Shown piece after piece: positions 28,301-36,708 of a stretch of 64,000 nt of DNA. The stretch comes from Aeoliella sp. (GTDB taxonomy: Bacteria > Planctomycetota > Planctomycetia > Pirellulales > Lacipirellulaceae), in contig NZ_CBDDFX010000002.1 in NCBI RefSeq assembly GCF_965227375.1, positions 1,911,537 through 1,975,536 on the forward strand, given 5' to 3'. The notes below the pieces were generated by a model that was not told where the DNA came from, did not search any database, and saw only the letters and a program-made list of their open reading frames with translations. Position 1 is the stretch's first letter; every line of letters begins with the position of its first letter. A program made the position numbers and the translations under genes.

Positions 28301-30884
28301 CGCCGAGCTTTATCAGGTTGTCGCCGTCGGAGAATAGTTCCCGTCGATCCTTCAACTGCCGGATCGCATCTTCCTTGACCGTCTTCAGGCGACTTTGAAT
28401 GTCGTCGACTTTGACCGTATCTTCCAGCTCTTGCAGCTGGCGGATCAAGTCCCGGACCTTATCGATCATCAGGTCCGAGGCAAAGTACGAATGGATCTGC
28501 TCGATATCGTCAAGTCGCTCCACGCGACTCTGGATGCCCTTCAGGATGCGATCGGCCGCGCTAGCAATGGAGCTCGCCCGACGATTTCGCTTCTCCACCA
28601 GCGCCAGCTTCCGAGACTCGAAAGCGTTATAGACCTCGTCCCGCTTCTCGCTCAGTTGAACAACGAAATCGTCAAACTCGGCAAAGCGTCCCTCGAGTTC
28701 CTCGATTTGCACGAGGATCTTCGTCAACAGTTCTTCACATTTTTCTGGCGAATCGCATAGGTCGATGTAGCTAACGACGCTTTGGTCCAGCAGTTTCATC
28801 TGCGAGCCAAACTCAGCGATGCCTTCGACGGATACCAAGTCTTGGATGCGAGACTTGATCGATGCGCGGGCGCCATTGATGGTTCCGAAAATCGCCGAAA
28901 TATCATCGATGATACTGGTGCGCTGCGTGGCGTCGTCGATCTTGAGGTTGCCGACTATTTCAATCAGCATCTCCAGTTCCCGCGCCCCCTGATCGATTAC
29001 CTCGAGCAACTCCTTGGCGTCCGCCACGCGCTCGAGTCCCTCGATTGCCTTGCTCTGCTCCGCGATGCGATCTTGATAAGGCTTTAGTGCCGTGTCGCCG
29101 AGCAGGAACTCGACGCAGCGTTGGGCAAGCACATCCGACTGCTCGACAACCTCTTCTTCAAGCGACTCGATCAATGGATGATCGGCGTAGCGCAGGTCTT
29201 TCAGCGATATGATGGCGCCGCGTATGGCCCTGAGATCTCCAATCGCGCCCACAAACTCATCGATCGTCTCAAAGCGGCTGTGACTAATCGATGCGAGAAG
29301 TTGTTGCGTGCGACTCTGAGTGTCGCGAGTTTGCTGACTGGTCGCGGCGCGAACCTGCCTGACTTTTTCAAACTCATCAATCGCCGCACTGGCGGCGGTC
29401 AGGATTTCGCGAAGGGGCTCGCTGAGTTTGAATGCGTCCTCATCGTCGATCCAGAAGAACGAGTCGAGAATGTCACTGGTCTGCTTGGCAATGTCAATGT
29501 ACTGCTCGGCATAGGCTTCGTCTTTGTCGATCAGTGCCAGCACTGCACGGCATTCCGACATGCCTCGCACAATGTCTCGATTGCCTATCTTGAAAAGCTG
29601 CGAATCCGTGTTGGTTGGCGGGACAAAGTTGGGCCCCACGTAGGGAGTTTGCCAGATCTGCAGGGCGTGGTGCTTCTCTGGCTTGTCTGGCGAGCGAAAG
29701 CAGACGAGTTCGCCGGCATCGAATAAGGAGCTGCCACTGCAAATGAGAGGTGTGTCGACACTCTGCTCGATCACGTTGTATCGCAGCAGGACATAGACGC
29801 CAGTTAGGCGGTTGTAGAAAACGTAGAGGTAGTCTTCACCATTCGGCGATGCGACCCGGCGTTCGAACAACATGCCAGCGGTCTGATGCTCGAATGTCTT
29901 GTGCTCGCCATTCTGGAGATAGTAGCCGTTCGAGAAGATCAACCCATGGCCGTCAGGCAGCAGAACGCATGCATGTTCGATGGCATCGATGCGCCGAGCT
30001 TCCTGCATCTTTTCGTTGTAGACGATATAGCGAAAAGCTTGTTCCTGATAGGGGCGAATCTTCAGCAGGATCAGATTGCCGACAATCGCGTAGTAGATCA
30101 GAGCGTCGTCAAGCGTTTGGTCTGCGTTATCGACAGGCTCGGCGTAAATGCCCTCTCCCGTATCGGTGTTGTTCTCAATCTTGATGGTCAAATCCCCGCC
30201 GACCGTCTCCACAAACACCCGATCTTCGATCGAAATGTGGGGATGAACGCCGCTCGAGTGCATGTCGCGCGTTGTGCGAATCCATTCAAACTCGTGTTGC
30301 GGGGGAAACTGAACCTCGTGATCACTTCGGCTATCGACGTACTTTAGCTGATCGTCAACGAGCAGCCATTTGAAGCACTTAATGTCGGAGACACTTTCCC
30401 CAACCCTGAAGACCATGTAGAGGTGCGGATCGCGAACGAAGAATTTGGCGAAGCGTGCATCCTTGTAGTACTTGTAGAGTTCGCCAAATTCTCGTTGGAA
30501 TCGCTCGTCGGCTATCAGCGAGAGGGGAGCTGCGTGAAACGTGTTCTCGCGAAACTCATAGGACGCGAAGACGTCTTCGAGATGCGTTTCGCTCTTGAGC
30601 CCCAAGTGAACGTTGTAGCCGAACAGAAACTTGTCTCCCACCGACACCAGGTCGCGGGGGACGCAGTTGTTCTCGGTGGTAATGCGTTCGGTTGCCAGCA
30701 GCGTCGTGGCGATAGCGCCAAACACGTCCTTGCGCGCAGCGTTTAAGCGATCCAGTCGTTGCCGCAACTCCTGGCCATGCTCGCGCAAACGGTTCCGCAG
30801 GATTTCATAGGCCCCGCTTTCAAGCTGGACGTCCTGCTCCGTTTCGCTTGCTGTCGCCTCACTGGACGTTTCGGGCGAAGCCAT
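25359..30884 (-). CDS. Giant (1841-aa) coiled-coil-rich protein with an AAA+ ATPase core (AAA_5/dynein-like); function unknown
   Basis: Walker A (LLLVSPPGYGKTTLMEYLA) and Walker B (VMIYLDDIQHCNPEFLQRF), with arginine-finger/sensor-like residues (MAGNPYTESGERF). Long helical regions N- and C-terminal. Lies 60 nt downstream of the flotillin gene on the same strand. Confidence 0.8.
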   Translation of the reverse strand: MASPETSSEATASETEQDVQLESGAYEILRNRLREHGQELRQRLDRLNAARKDVFGAIATTLLATERITTENNCVPRDLVSVGDKFLFGYNVHLGLKSETHLEDVFASYEFRENTFHAAPLSLIADERFQREFGELYKYYKDARFAKFFVRDPHLYMVFRVGESVSDIKCFKWLLVDDQLKYVDSRSDHEVQFPPQHEFEWIRTTRDMHSSGVHPHISIEDRVFVETVGGDLTIKIENNTDTGEGIYAEPVDNADQTLDDALIYYAIVGNLILLKIRPYQEQAFRYIVYNEKMQEARRIDAIEHACVLLPDGHGLIFSNGYYLQNGEHKTFEHQTAGMLFERRVASPNGEDYLYVFYNRLTGVYVLLRYNVIEQSVDTPLICSGSSLFDAGELVCFRSPDKPEKHHALQIWQTPYVGPNFVPPTNTDSQLFKIGNRDIVRGMSECRAVLALIDKDEAYAEQYIDIAKQTSDILDSFFWIDDEDAFKLSEPLREILTAASAAIDEFEKVRQVRAATSQQTRDTQSRTQQLLASISHSRFETIDEFVGAIGDLRAIRGAIISLKDLRYADHPLIESLEEEVVEQSDVLAQRCVEFLLGDTALKPYQDRIAEQSKAIEGLERVADAKELLEVIDQGARELEMLIEIVGNLKIDDATQRTSIIDDISAIFGTINGARASIKSRIQDLVSVEGIAEFGSQMKLLDQSVVSYIDLCDSPEKCEELLTKILVQIEELEGRFAEFDDFVVQLSEKRDEVYNAFESRKLALVEKRNRRASSIASAADRILKGIQSRVERLDDIEQIHSYFASDLMIDKVRDLIRQLQELEDTVKVDDIQSRLKTVKEDAIRQLKDRRELFSDGDNLIKLGAHQFTVNVQALDLTTVLRDENITLHLTGTNFFEPLVDEQLEAAREVWAQEVVSENDEVYRGEYLARLMFEHLQANQELRTSFQHATEVERAKSVQQFMGPRYQESYVKGVTDHDASLMLHELLKMNDRIGLLCFQTQARACARVFWEHFMDQEERALMAARLQGVALIEQVFPNATQQYLYTEALRQQLSSFVDAKGLFDASLVDEAARYLFAELARPSDGRPFGSFCVSRVAADACDAFGRLLRHSSFDNQYAHSIEPLSDNPAARFQLIRGWVEAFLPTTDTPAEYRDEIAAALMQADNLATAGVEGQSVVDGQVIVDGQVTADLSGLLGVHPTIKSGNYALHFNHFMAKLDKFVAEAVPRYTAFQHRKAELVDAARKEMRLDEFKPRVLTSFVRNKLIDTVYLPLIGDNLAKQIGSAGESKRTDRMGLLLLVSPPGYGKTTLMEYLANRLGIIFMKINGPAIGHQVTSLDPSEASNAAAREEVEKLNLSLEMGDNVMIYLDDIQHCNPEFLQRFISLCDATRKIEGVYKGHTRTYDLRGRKVVVVMAGNPYTESGERFQIPDMLSNRADIYNLGEIIGDSAKAFEMSYLENCLTSNPTLSRLASRSQKDVYAFLKIAETDEREGVEFEGSYSSVEVEEFVSTLRKLMTVRDVILKVNRQYVASAAQSDDYRTEPPFKLQGSYRNMNRIAEKVVPIMNDAELQSLILSSYENDAQTLTSDTESNLLKLRELLGILTADEAARWESIKRTFSENVKMKGIDQGDPIGQVVGQLRSFNEGLYAIKTALAENAEVIAENKSNDRLLEHAQEQENRRIESEQERASLLVERISEVGSGLASIQDAIERGLKKLHDTSKKQLASEARKPAGADDATVAAAIQAMQELAGELSELTSGTLPIDPSQPTRVSVSHRVPKSILGVIESQFELMKDSIAPLLISTEKNSKSFEELKDTFQQSLEHTTALLNELYDARKKQSKGRSKS

Positions 30885-30944
30885 CAGATCGCTTCCGAGG
30901 GGCTAGAGGTTCAAGACACTGCATGGTGACACGAATCAGAGCGA

Positions 30945-33056
30945 CTACTTCTTGTCGTCCGCCACGCCGATGCCTAACGCCGCCAGGCGTTTATCCGACA
31001 CCCCTAGCTGCTTCACCGTGTCGAGTAGTCGGTTAAGCTCGCTTCGTGTCTCGTCCGCATCCGTCATGCCGAGCATCTTGAGCAGCACAGCGGAGATGGA
31101 CAGATCCTTGATGTCGTCCGTGCTGAGATTGAACTGCTCGACAAGCTGCATCGTCTTGTCCCTGAAGTACTCCGGGTTGCCGTTGAAGAATGTGTTCTTC
31201 ACGTCCGTCAACACTTCGCTGTTGTGCACAAAGCGATCGACTGCCTTGCCGCCCTTCACCGAATCGACGATCTTGTCGAAGAACTCGCTCTCGCCCCCAA
31301 CGATGTCGATGCGGGCGCTCTTGAGTGCTTCGCCGACAAGCTGCGATTGGGCTTCGGCGATTTGTCGCTGGGCGTGAATCGCTTCGATTTCGATCTCTTT
31401 GTCTTTGTTCAGTCGGAGCTTGAATTCCTCGTGCTCGCGGCCAACGCCGTCGAAGAGCTTCATCGCTTCGGCTTTTTGGGTAATGCCGTCGGCTTCGCTG
31501 CTGAACTTGAGCTTCATCACCGTGGCTTCGGCAGTGCCTTCCTTCTCCTTGGCTTCGGCCATGGCCCCGACGCCAGTCGCCTCGGCGACGGCTTTCTTTT
31601 CGATCACATGCGCTTCCGCCTGACCTGTTTTCTCCAGGGCATCGGCTGCGGCGATCTGGACGTGGGCTTCGGCGAGCCCCGTCGCTGCGTGATCGGCCGT
31701 CTTGCCTTCGGCCAGCATCTTCATGGCCTGGGTCTTGCGTTCGGCGGCGTCGCGATCCGCGTCGGCTTCGATTACGACCTGCTCGGCCTTGAGCTCGGCC
31801 GACTGCTTGGCTGCCTCGGCCGCCTTGACCTCGATCACCAGGTTTTCTTGTGCAGCCATCTCGGCTTTTGTCACCGTTACCTGCTTGAGACGGTCGGCTT
31901 GAGCAAACTCTTGCGTGTCCTTGATCTTCTCTTGCTCTTCCACCACCGCTCGCTCGACCACAACGCGCTCGCGGATGACTTCCTGGATGTTGCGATTCTC
32001 GACTTCAATCGCTTTGTCTTTCTCGACAACAGCGACACCAACCAAGCGGTCTCGTTCGGCGACTTCCAACAGGCGATCTCGCTCCACCCGTTCCACTTCT
32101 ACAGCTTCGGTGCGTTGCTTGTTCTTCTCCGCAACGATGATCTGACGATCTTTGTTCTCCTCGGCAACCTTCAGTTCTTCTTCAGTCTGGATACGTGCGG
32201 TTTCGGCTTTGAGCCGCTCTTGCTCTTGTACCTTTCGGGCTTCAGCCTCTTCGCGAGCACGGATTTCAGCCGCTTCGCGTTTCATCTTTTCTTCCGCCTC
32301 GATTTGCTGTCGATCGAGATTCAAGATGACTTCACGAGCTTCTACGTCCTGCTTGCGAATAAGCTTTTCTTTTTCTCGGGTGATGTCGTTGGCTCGAATG
32401 TGCTCTTTGGCCGTAAGATCCGTAATTTTTTTGATGCCTTCGGCATCCAGAATGTTATTCGGGTCGAGTAACTCAACCGAAGTCTGCTCGAGGTAGTCGA
32501 TCGCGGCGTCGTCGAGCCGGTATCCGTTCAGGTCAACACCAATGACCTTGATGATCTCCGTCTTGAACTTCTCTCGCTTGTCGTACAAGTCGACAAACTC
32601 AAATTGCTTGCCAACCGTTTTTAGCGCTTCGGAGAACTTGGCGTCGAACAACTCTGTGAGCGTGCCTTCGTCGGACGCCCGGTGGCAACCGATGGATTGT
32701 GCGACTTCCTTGATCTTCTCGTCTTCTTTGTCCACGCGAACGAAGAATGCGACTTTGATATCGGCTCGAATGTTGTCGGCGCAGATCAAACCATCATTCC
32801 CCTGGCGGGCGATCTCGATGCGTTTCAGTGTCAGGTCCATACGGTCCACGCGGTGCATGATGGGGACAACCCACATGCCTTGACCGGTGGCAACCGTCAA
32901 TCTGCCTCCGCCGGAGCGAACCAGCGCTTCCTCCGGAGCAACCTTCCGATAGAAATTTGAAAGCGCAAATCCGATGAGTAGGAGCAAGACGATGGCTGTC
33001 AATACAATGCCACCTACAATGACGTACACATCGCTTATTTCTGCCAGCAACATCAT
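30945..33056 (-). CDS. Flotillin-like SPFH/Band-7 domain protein (YqiK/FloT-like)
   Basis: N-terminal transmembrane helix, SPFH domain (VRSGGGRLTVATGQGMWVVPIMHRVDRMDLTLKRIEI...) and a very long E/A/K/R-rich coiled-coil flotillin region (EAEEKMKREAAEIRAREEAEARK...), then a C-terminal flotillin tail. Confidence 0.9.
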   Translation of the reverse strand: MMLLAEISDVYVIVGGIVLTAIVLLLLIGFALSNFYRKVAPEEALVRSGGGRLTVATGQGMWVVPIMHRVDRMDLTLKRIEIARQGNDGLICADNIRADIKVAFFVRVDKEDEKIKEVAQSIGCHRASDEGTLTELFDAKFSEALKTVGKQFEFVDLYDKREKFKTEIIKVIGVDLNGYRLDDAAIDYLEQTSVELLDPNNILDAEGIKKITDLTAKEHIRANDITREKEKLIRKQDVEAREVILNLDRQQIEAEEKMKREAAEIRAREEAEARKVQEQERLKAETARIQTEEELKVAEENKDRQIIVAEKNKQRTEAVEVERVERDRLLEVAERDRLVGVAVVEKDKAIEVENRNIQEVIRERVVVERAVVEEQEKIKDTQEFAQADRLKQVTVTKAEMAAQENLVIEVKAAEAAKQSAELKAEQVVIEADADRDAAERKTQAMKMLAEGKTADHAATGLAEAHVQIAAADALEKTGQAEAHVIEKKAVAEATGVGAMAEAKEKEGTAEATVMKLKFSSEADGITQKAEAMKLFDGVGREHEEFKLRLNKDKEIEIEAIHAQRQIAEAQSQLVGEALKSARIDIVGGESEFFDKIVDSVKGGKAVDRFVHNSEVLTDVKNTFFNGNPEYFRDKTMQLVEQFNLSTDDIKDLSISAVLLKMLGMTDADETRSELNRLLDTVKQLGVSDKRLAALGIGVADDKK

Positions 33057-33649
33057 TCATCACTCTCTGTTGTTAGTTTCTCGATCTGGTAGGTTTTTGC
33101 TGCTTCATCGTAGCCAACCACCATGGCCAGATCGCCTTTCTCAAAGTCTATCTGCCTGGCTCGCACATCGATTAACAGAGGTGCGGCATCCGTAGCCACC
33201 TTCGCTTGCCCGACATCCTCAGTAACTTCGCTCGTAGTCACTTCGCATATAGCGCCAATAAGTTTGCCCGGCGTGTAGTGTTCAGTCTCATCAAACATCT
33301 TCTGAAGCGGCTCGGTGAGCCCCTTGGCCCCCACAAGTCCAATCCCCAGATTTCGCAGGATCAGGACTGCTCCGTGCCCCCAGGTGATGTCCTCGGGTTT
33401 TCCATCCACGAGAACCCACAAAACCAACGATGCCGCCCACCAAATCAGGCCAAAACACGCCAACCATATAATGATTGGGACGTCCCCCAAATTCAAGAAT
33501 TTTAGGATGGCCATTCCCACACTGGTGGGCGAACCGGTATCGGCGTCGACATCTATGTCGAATTCGAACAAATCCAGGTCGGCAGCCCCCACCAGGGCCA
33601 CCAAGCCGTAGGCCAAGATCAAGAGGATCAAGGCCGTGGCTGGCAGCAC
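33053..33649 (-). CDS. NfeD/YqiJ-like membrane protein (short NfeD, OB-fold C-terminus)
   Basis: N-terminal transmembrane helices and a C-terminal beta-rich OB-fold-like segment (GKLIGAICEVTTSEVTEDVGQAKVATD...LLIDVRARQ). Its stop overlaps the flotillin start (ATGA), the classic NfeD-flotillin pairing as in E. coli yqiJK. Confidence 0.65.
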   Translation of the reverse strand: MLPATALILLILAYGLVALVGAADLDLFEFDIDVDADTGSPTSVGMAILKFLNLGDVPIIIWLACFGLIWWAASLVLWVLVDGKPEDITWGHGAVLILRNLGIGLVGAKGLTEPLQKMFDETEHYTPGKLIGAICEVTTSEVTEDVGQAKVATDAAPLLIDVRARQIDFEKGDLAMVVGYDEAAKTYQIEKLTTESDE

Positions 33650-34506
33650 CGGCCAAGCCAGACAGTATTCGAGAAAGTTGGTTATGGTCCTATCCCCCCT
33701 TACGCTGTAACCAGCGCCAAAATTGAGGCGTTATTGATCAGTATTCGCCGGGTCCGACTCGATATTGGAGATTATCGTCGAGCCGGCCTGCCCGCGCAAA
33801 GCCGCCGAAATGATATCATGAATGGCGGGCCGCAGCTAATCGGCGCCAAACCTCCAAGACCACCCCTTGGCCCTAGGAATAGGGGCTATTACGGGACGAT
33901 CTTCATCCAGCATCACCGTGGCCGATGGCTTCCGGAACGATGGCGAGGAGAGGCTAGCGACCTGCCTCCACAGCCCGTGCAGCAACGACGTTTGAACACT
34001 CTACCGCAACGGCTGGATGCACACACGTTGACAGTCAGGCGCGGCATGCCTCTTCCTGATGGAGCTCGACCCCGCTGTACTGCGAAGTGATCGCCGAATG
34101 ATCCCGAGGACCATCTGGGGCAACGTCTCATTGGACCATTGTGCGTCAAGCTCCTCCCCAAGAAGGGAGCTTTCACATTTTGAGACTCGCACTGGAATGT
34201 GAGTGCTAGCCAGGGGCTGATTTCTGAGAGCGCTCCAATAAGCGAAGATGGCTGAGCTAATGCCACTGCCTCCACCACTGATGTTGGTAGTTGCCTTCCC
34301 TCGTTTCGCATTCGATCCAACGGAGCAATGTGAAGATACTATGAAGTTCGCTCTGTTTTTCTGCTATATTCTGCTCTTTGTTGCTTTTTTGAATCAGTTT
34401 GTTTGCTGTCCCTACGTCCTTTGGTAGGGAGTGGGGGATACGACGTCTCCATTGGGAAGCCCCCGAAGATGATTGGGTGACACTGACAGCCGGGTTGCAG
34501 GACACA

Positions 34507-35070
34507 ATGTCGTCTATACCTCAGAAGGATGTCTCTTCGACGAAAAAGCGAGACCTGGAGCTCTTCACAGAGCTGTCGGGGCGGTACCAGCTGCAAGTCT
34601 TGGGATACATCTACGCCACGCTCCACAACTTGGATGACGCGGAGGATGTCTACCAACAAACTTCGATCATCATGTGGGACAAGTTCGACGAGTATGAAGT
34701 CGGGAGTGATTTCTTGAAGTGGGCCTGCACCGTCGCTCGTTACGAAGTGCTGAACTTCTTACGGACTGCCAAGAATCGGCCTCGCTATTTCTCTGACGAA
34801 TACATCCAGCAGGTCGCAGAACTTCCCAGTGGTCACGACTCCGGTCGGCTCGAATCAAGACAGCAAGCGCTCAATGGATGCTTGCGACGTCTTCGGAATC
34901 GCGATCAGCAGCTCATTGAACGATGCTATGGCGGCGCCACCAAGATACATGAAGTAGCGAGACAACTAGGGCGGACACCCGAGAGTGTTTACACCTCACT
35001 CCGCCGCATTCGCCGGACCCTGCACGAGTGTATCAATCGTGCCCTGGCTTTGGAAAGTGGTCATGAGTAA
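34507..35070 (+). CDS. ECF-type RNA polymerase sigma-70 family factor
   Basis: Sigma region 2 (QLQVLGYIYATLHNLDDAEDVYQQTSIIMWDKFDEY) and region 4 helix-turn-helix (GATKIHEVARQLGRTPESVYTSLRRIR). The start is chosen at the MSSIPQ Met. Confidence 0.85.
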   Translation: MSSIPQKDVSSTKKRDLELFTELSGRYQLQVLGYIYATLHNLDDAEDVYQQTSIIMWDKFDEYEVGSDFLKWACTVARYEVLNFLRTAKNRPRYFSDEYIQQVAELPSGHDSGRLESRQQALNGCLRRLRNRDQQLIERCYGGATKIHEVARQLGRTPESVYTSLRRIRRTLHECINRALALESGHE

Positions 35071-36595
35071 ACCGAATCACTCGTTCAGCGAGTTCTACTC
35101 GCTGCTCGATGCCGCGTGCGAAAATAGACTTACGGCCGAGCAGTCACGCAGGCTAGAGGAATTGTTGCGTAGCGATGAATCCGCTCGCAGAGAGTATGAA
35201 GAATACCTGCACCTCAATCTGGAGTTGCACTTCGCCTCGCGGGCTCATCGTGCGAAGCATGCCGCGAAAGGAGTGCGTCGGCAGGGCTCGGAAGTTCGCT
35301 CGGTAAAACCAGCGTCAGCAAGGAGTTTCTTAGGCTTTGCGAATCAGCGACAGGCGGTCACCTGCGCCGCGGCGGCAGCAGTGTTCTTGGTGCTGCTTAC
35401 CGCGGCAGGCGTGATCCCTTGGGGCGACTCGGGCGACCCGACAACGGCCATGCCCATCGAGACCGTGGGCAAGCTCACCAACGCCGTGGCCGTGAAGTGG
35501 CGAGACACCCAAGGCGCACCTTCGTTGGGTGAAGACCTCGCCGCCGGACAGCGGCTGGTTATTGATCACGGAGTGGCAGAGATCACCTTTAGGGACGGGG
35601 CAAAAATCTCGGTGGCGGGGCCGGCGTCTCTGCAGTTGAGCGACGCCATGGCTATGAGGCTGTTCTCTGGCCGATTGACCGCCACGGTGCCTTCCAGCGC
35701 GGTTGGGTTCCGAGTGGACCTTCCGAACGCACGCCTGATCGATAAAGGGACCGCGTTCGGAGTAAACGTCGTCGCGAATGGCGACGACGAGATTCACGTG
35801 TTCGAAGGCCAGGTCGACGCATTCATCCGTGCCGGTAGTTCTCAAGGATATGACAAACAAGTGCAACTGAGAGCTGGGCAGGCGGCGCAATTCAATGAAA
35901 AGTGGTCCGCTGTGCGATTGAGCGAGTCGGAGAAATCGCCCCTCTCGCCTTCGCTGGCGCTCTATCTCGAGAATCAAGGGAAGGACACTGTCGCACCAAC
36001 GCGGCAGTACATCCTGAGTCAGTCCTACCTGGTCGGTCCTGCCCCAGGAACATTTGCTATTGAGGACGGCGAGATCAACTTGCGTGCAGGACTGGATAAC
36101 ACGGTCTGCGTGATGGTTGATGAGTCGCATTTGTCCCTGCCGAGTAGCGGATACCTGGAGGTGGTGGTGCCACCACTGAAGCATCCCTATGACGGGGTCT
36201 TCCTGATGTGCAGTTCCGTTCCCAGACAGCCAGGCGGCACCAACAACTTTGGCCTTCGTTTGCGACGTGACGTGCGTGGCATTTGGGTGATGCCCATCAA
36301 AGACCCTGAGTACCGTAGCGTGCTCGAAACGGAATTTGGGAGAGAAGGCATGAACATGCTCCCCGATCCGGGTGGCGCGTTGCGATTCAGCATCGAGCGA
36401 GTAACAAGGTCTCGCTTCCGGTGTTACTACCAACCCATCGGGCGTGATTCGGATCCGGTATTTGTAGATGAAATCGTCGTGCCTCAGCTCGAGTCGTATG
36501 ATGAGCTCTGTGTTGGAGTGCAGGCGTATTGCTTTGACGAAGTACGCAACTATCGATTCACGGAACTAGACGTGATTCCGGTAGCAAGCCAGTAG
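35063..36595 (+). CDS. Anti-sigma factor (FecR-like) with large extracytoplasmic C-terminal domain
   Basis: Its start overlaps the sigma-factor stop (ATGAGTAA). The N-terminal anti-sigma helix region (LLDAACENRLTAEQSRRLEELLRSDESARREYEEYLHLN), a transmembrane segment (VTCAAAAAVFLVLLTAAGVI) and a FecR-like beta domain (RLVIDHGVAEITFRDGAKISVAGPASLQL) are typical of planctomycete ECF anti-sigma partners. Confidence 0.7.
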   Translation: MSKPNHSFSEFYSLLDAACENRLTAEQSRRLEELLRSDESARREYEEYLHLNLELHFASRAHRAKHAAKGVRRQGSEVRSVKPASARSFLGFANQRQAVTCAAAAAVFLVLLTAAGVIPWGDSGDPTTAMPIETVGKLTNAVAVKWRDTQGAPSLGEDLAAGQRLVIDHGVAEITFRDGAKISVAGPASLQLSDAMAMRLFSGRLTATVPSSAVGFRVDLPNARLIDKGTAFGVNVVANGDDEIHVFEGQVDAFIRAGSSQGYDKQVQLRAGQAAQFNEKWSAVRLSESEKSPLSPSLALYLENQGKDTVAPTRQYILSQSYLVGPAPGTFAIEDGEINLRAGLDNTVCVMVDESHLSLPSSGYLEVVVPPLKHPYDGVFLMCSSVPRQPGGTNNFGLRLRRDVRGIWVMPIKDPEYRSVLETEFGREGMNMLPDPGGALRFSIERVTRSRFRCYYQPIGRDSDPVFVDEIVVPQLESYDELCVGVQAYCFDEVRNYRFTELDVIPVASQ

Positions 36596-36708
36596 TTCTT
36601 CGTGCTTTTTTGAAATGTATAGAACCGTTTGCGCTCAAGGTGCGCGCCGACGGCCCGCACCGGGACGTTGAAAGCGAAGATGGACAACGCGGTCACGACG
36701 TGAATAGC

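Noticed and set aside
31224-32471. 415-aa plus-strand ORF opposite the flotillin gene
   Set aside because: It is the antisense reading of the flotillin coiled-coil region (repetitive GAA/GCC/AAG codons). Its translation is low-complexity (F/L/G/D-rich) with no domain signature, whereas the minus-strand product is an unmistakable SPFH/flotillin.
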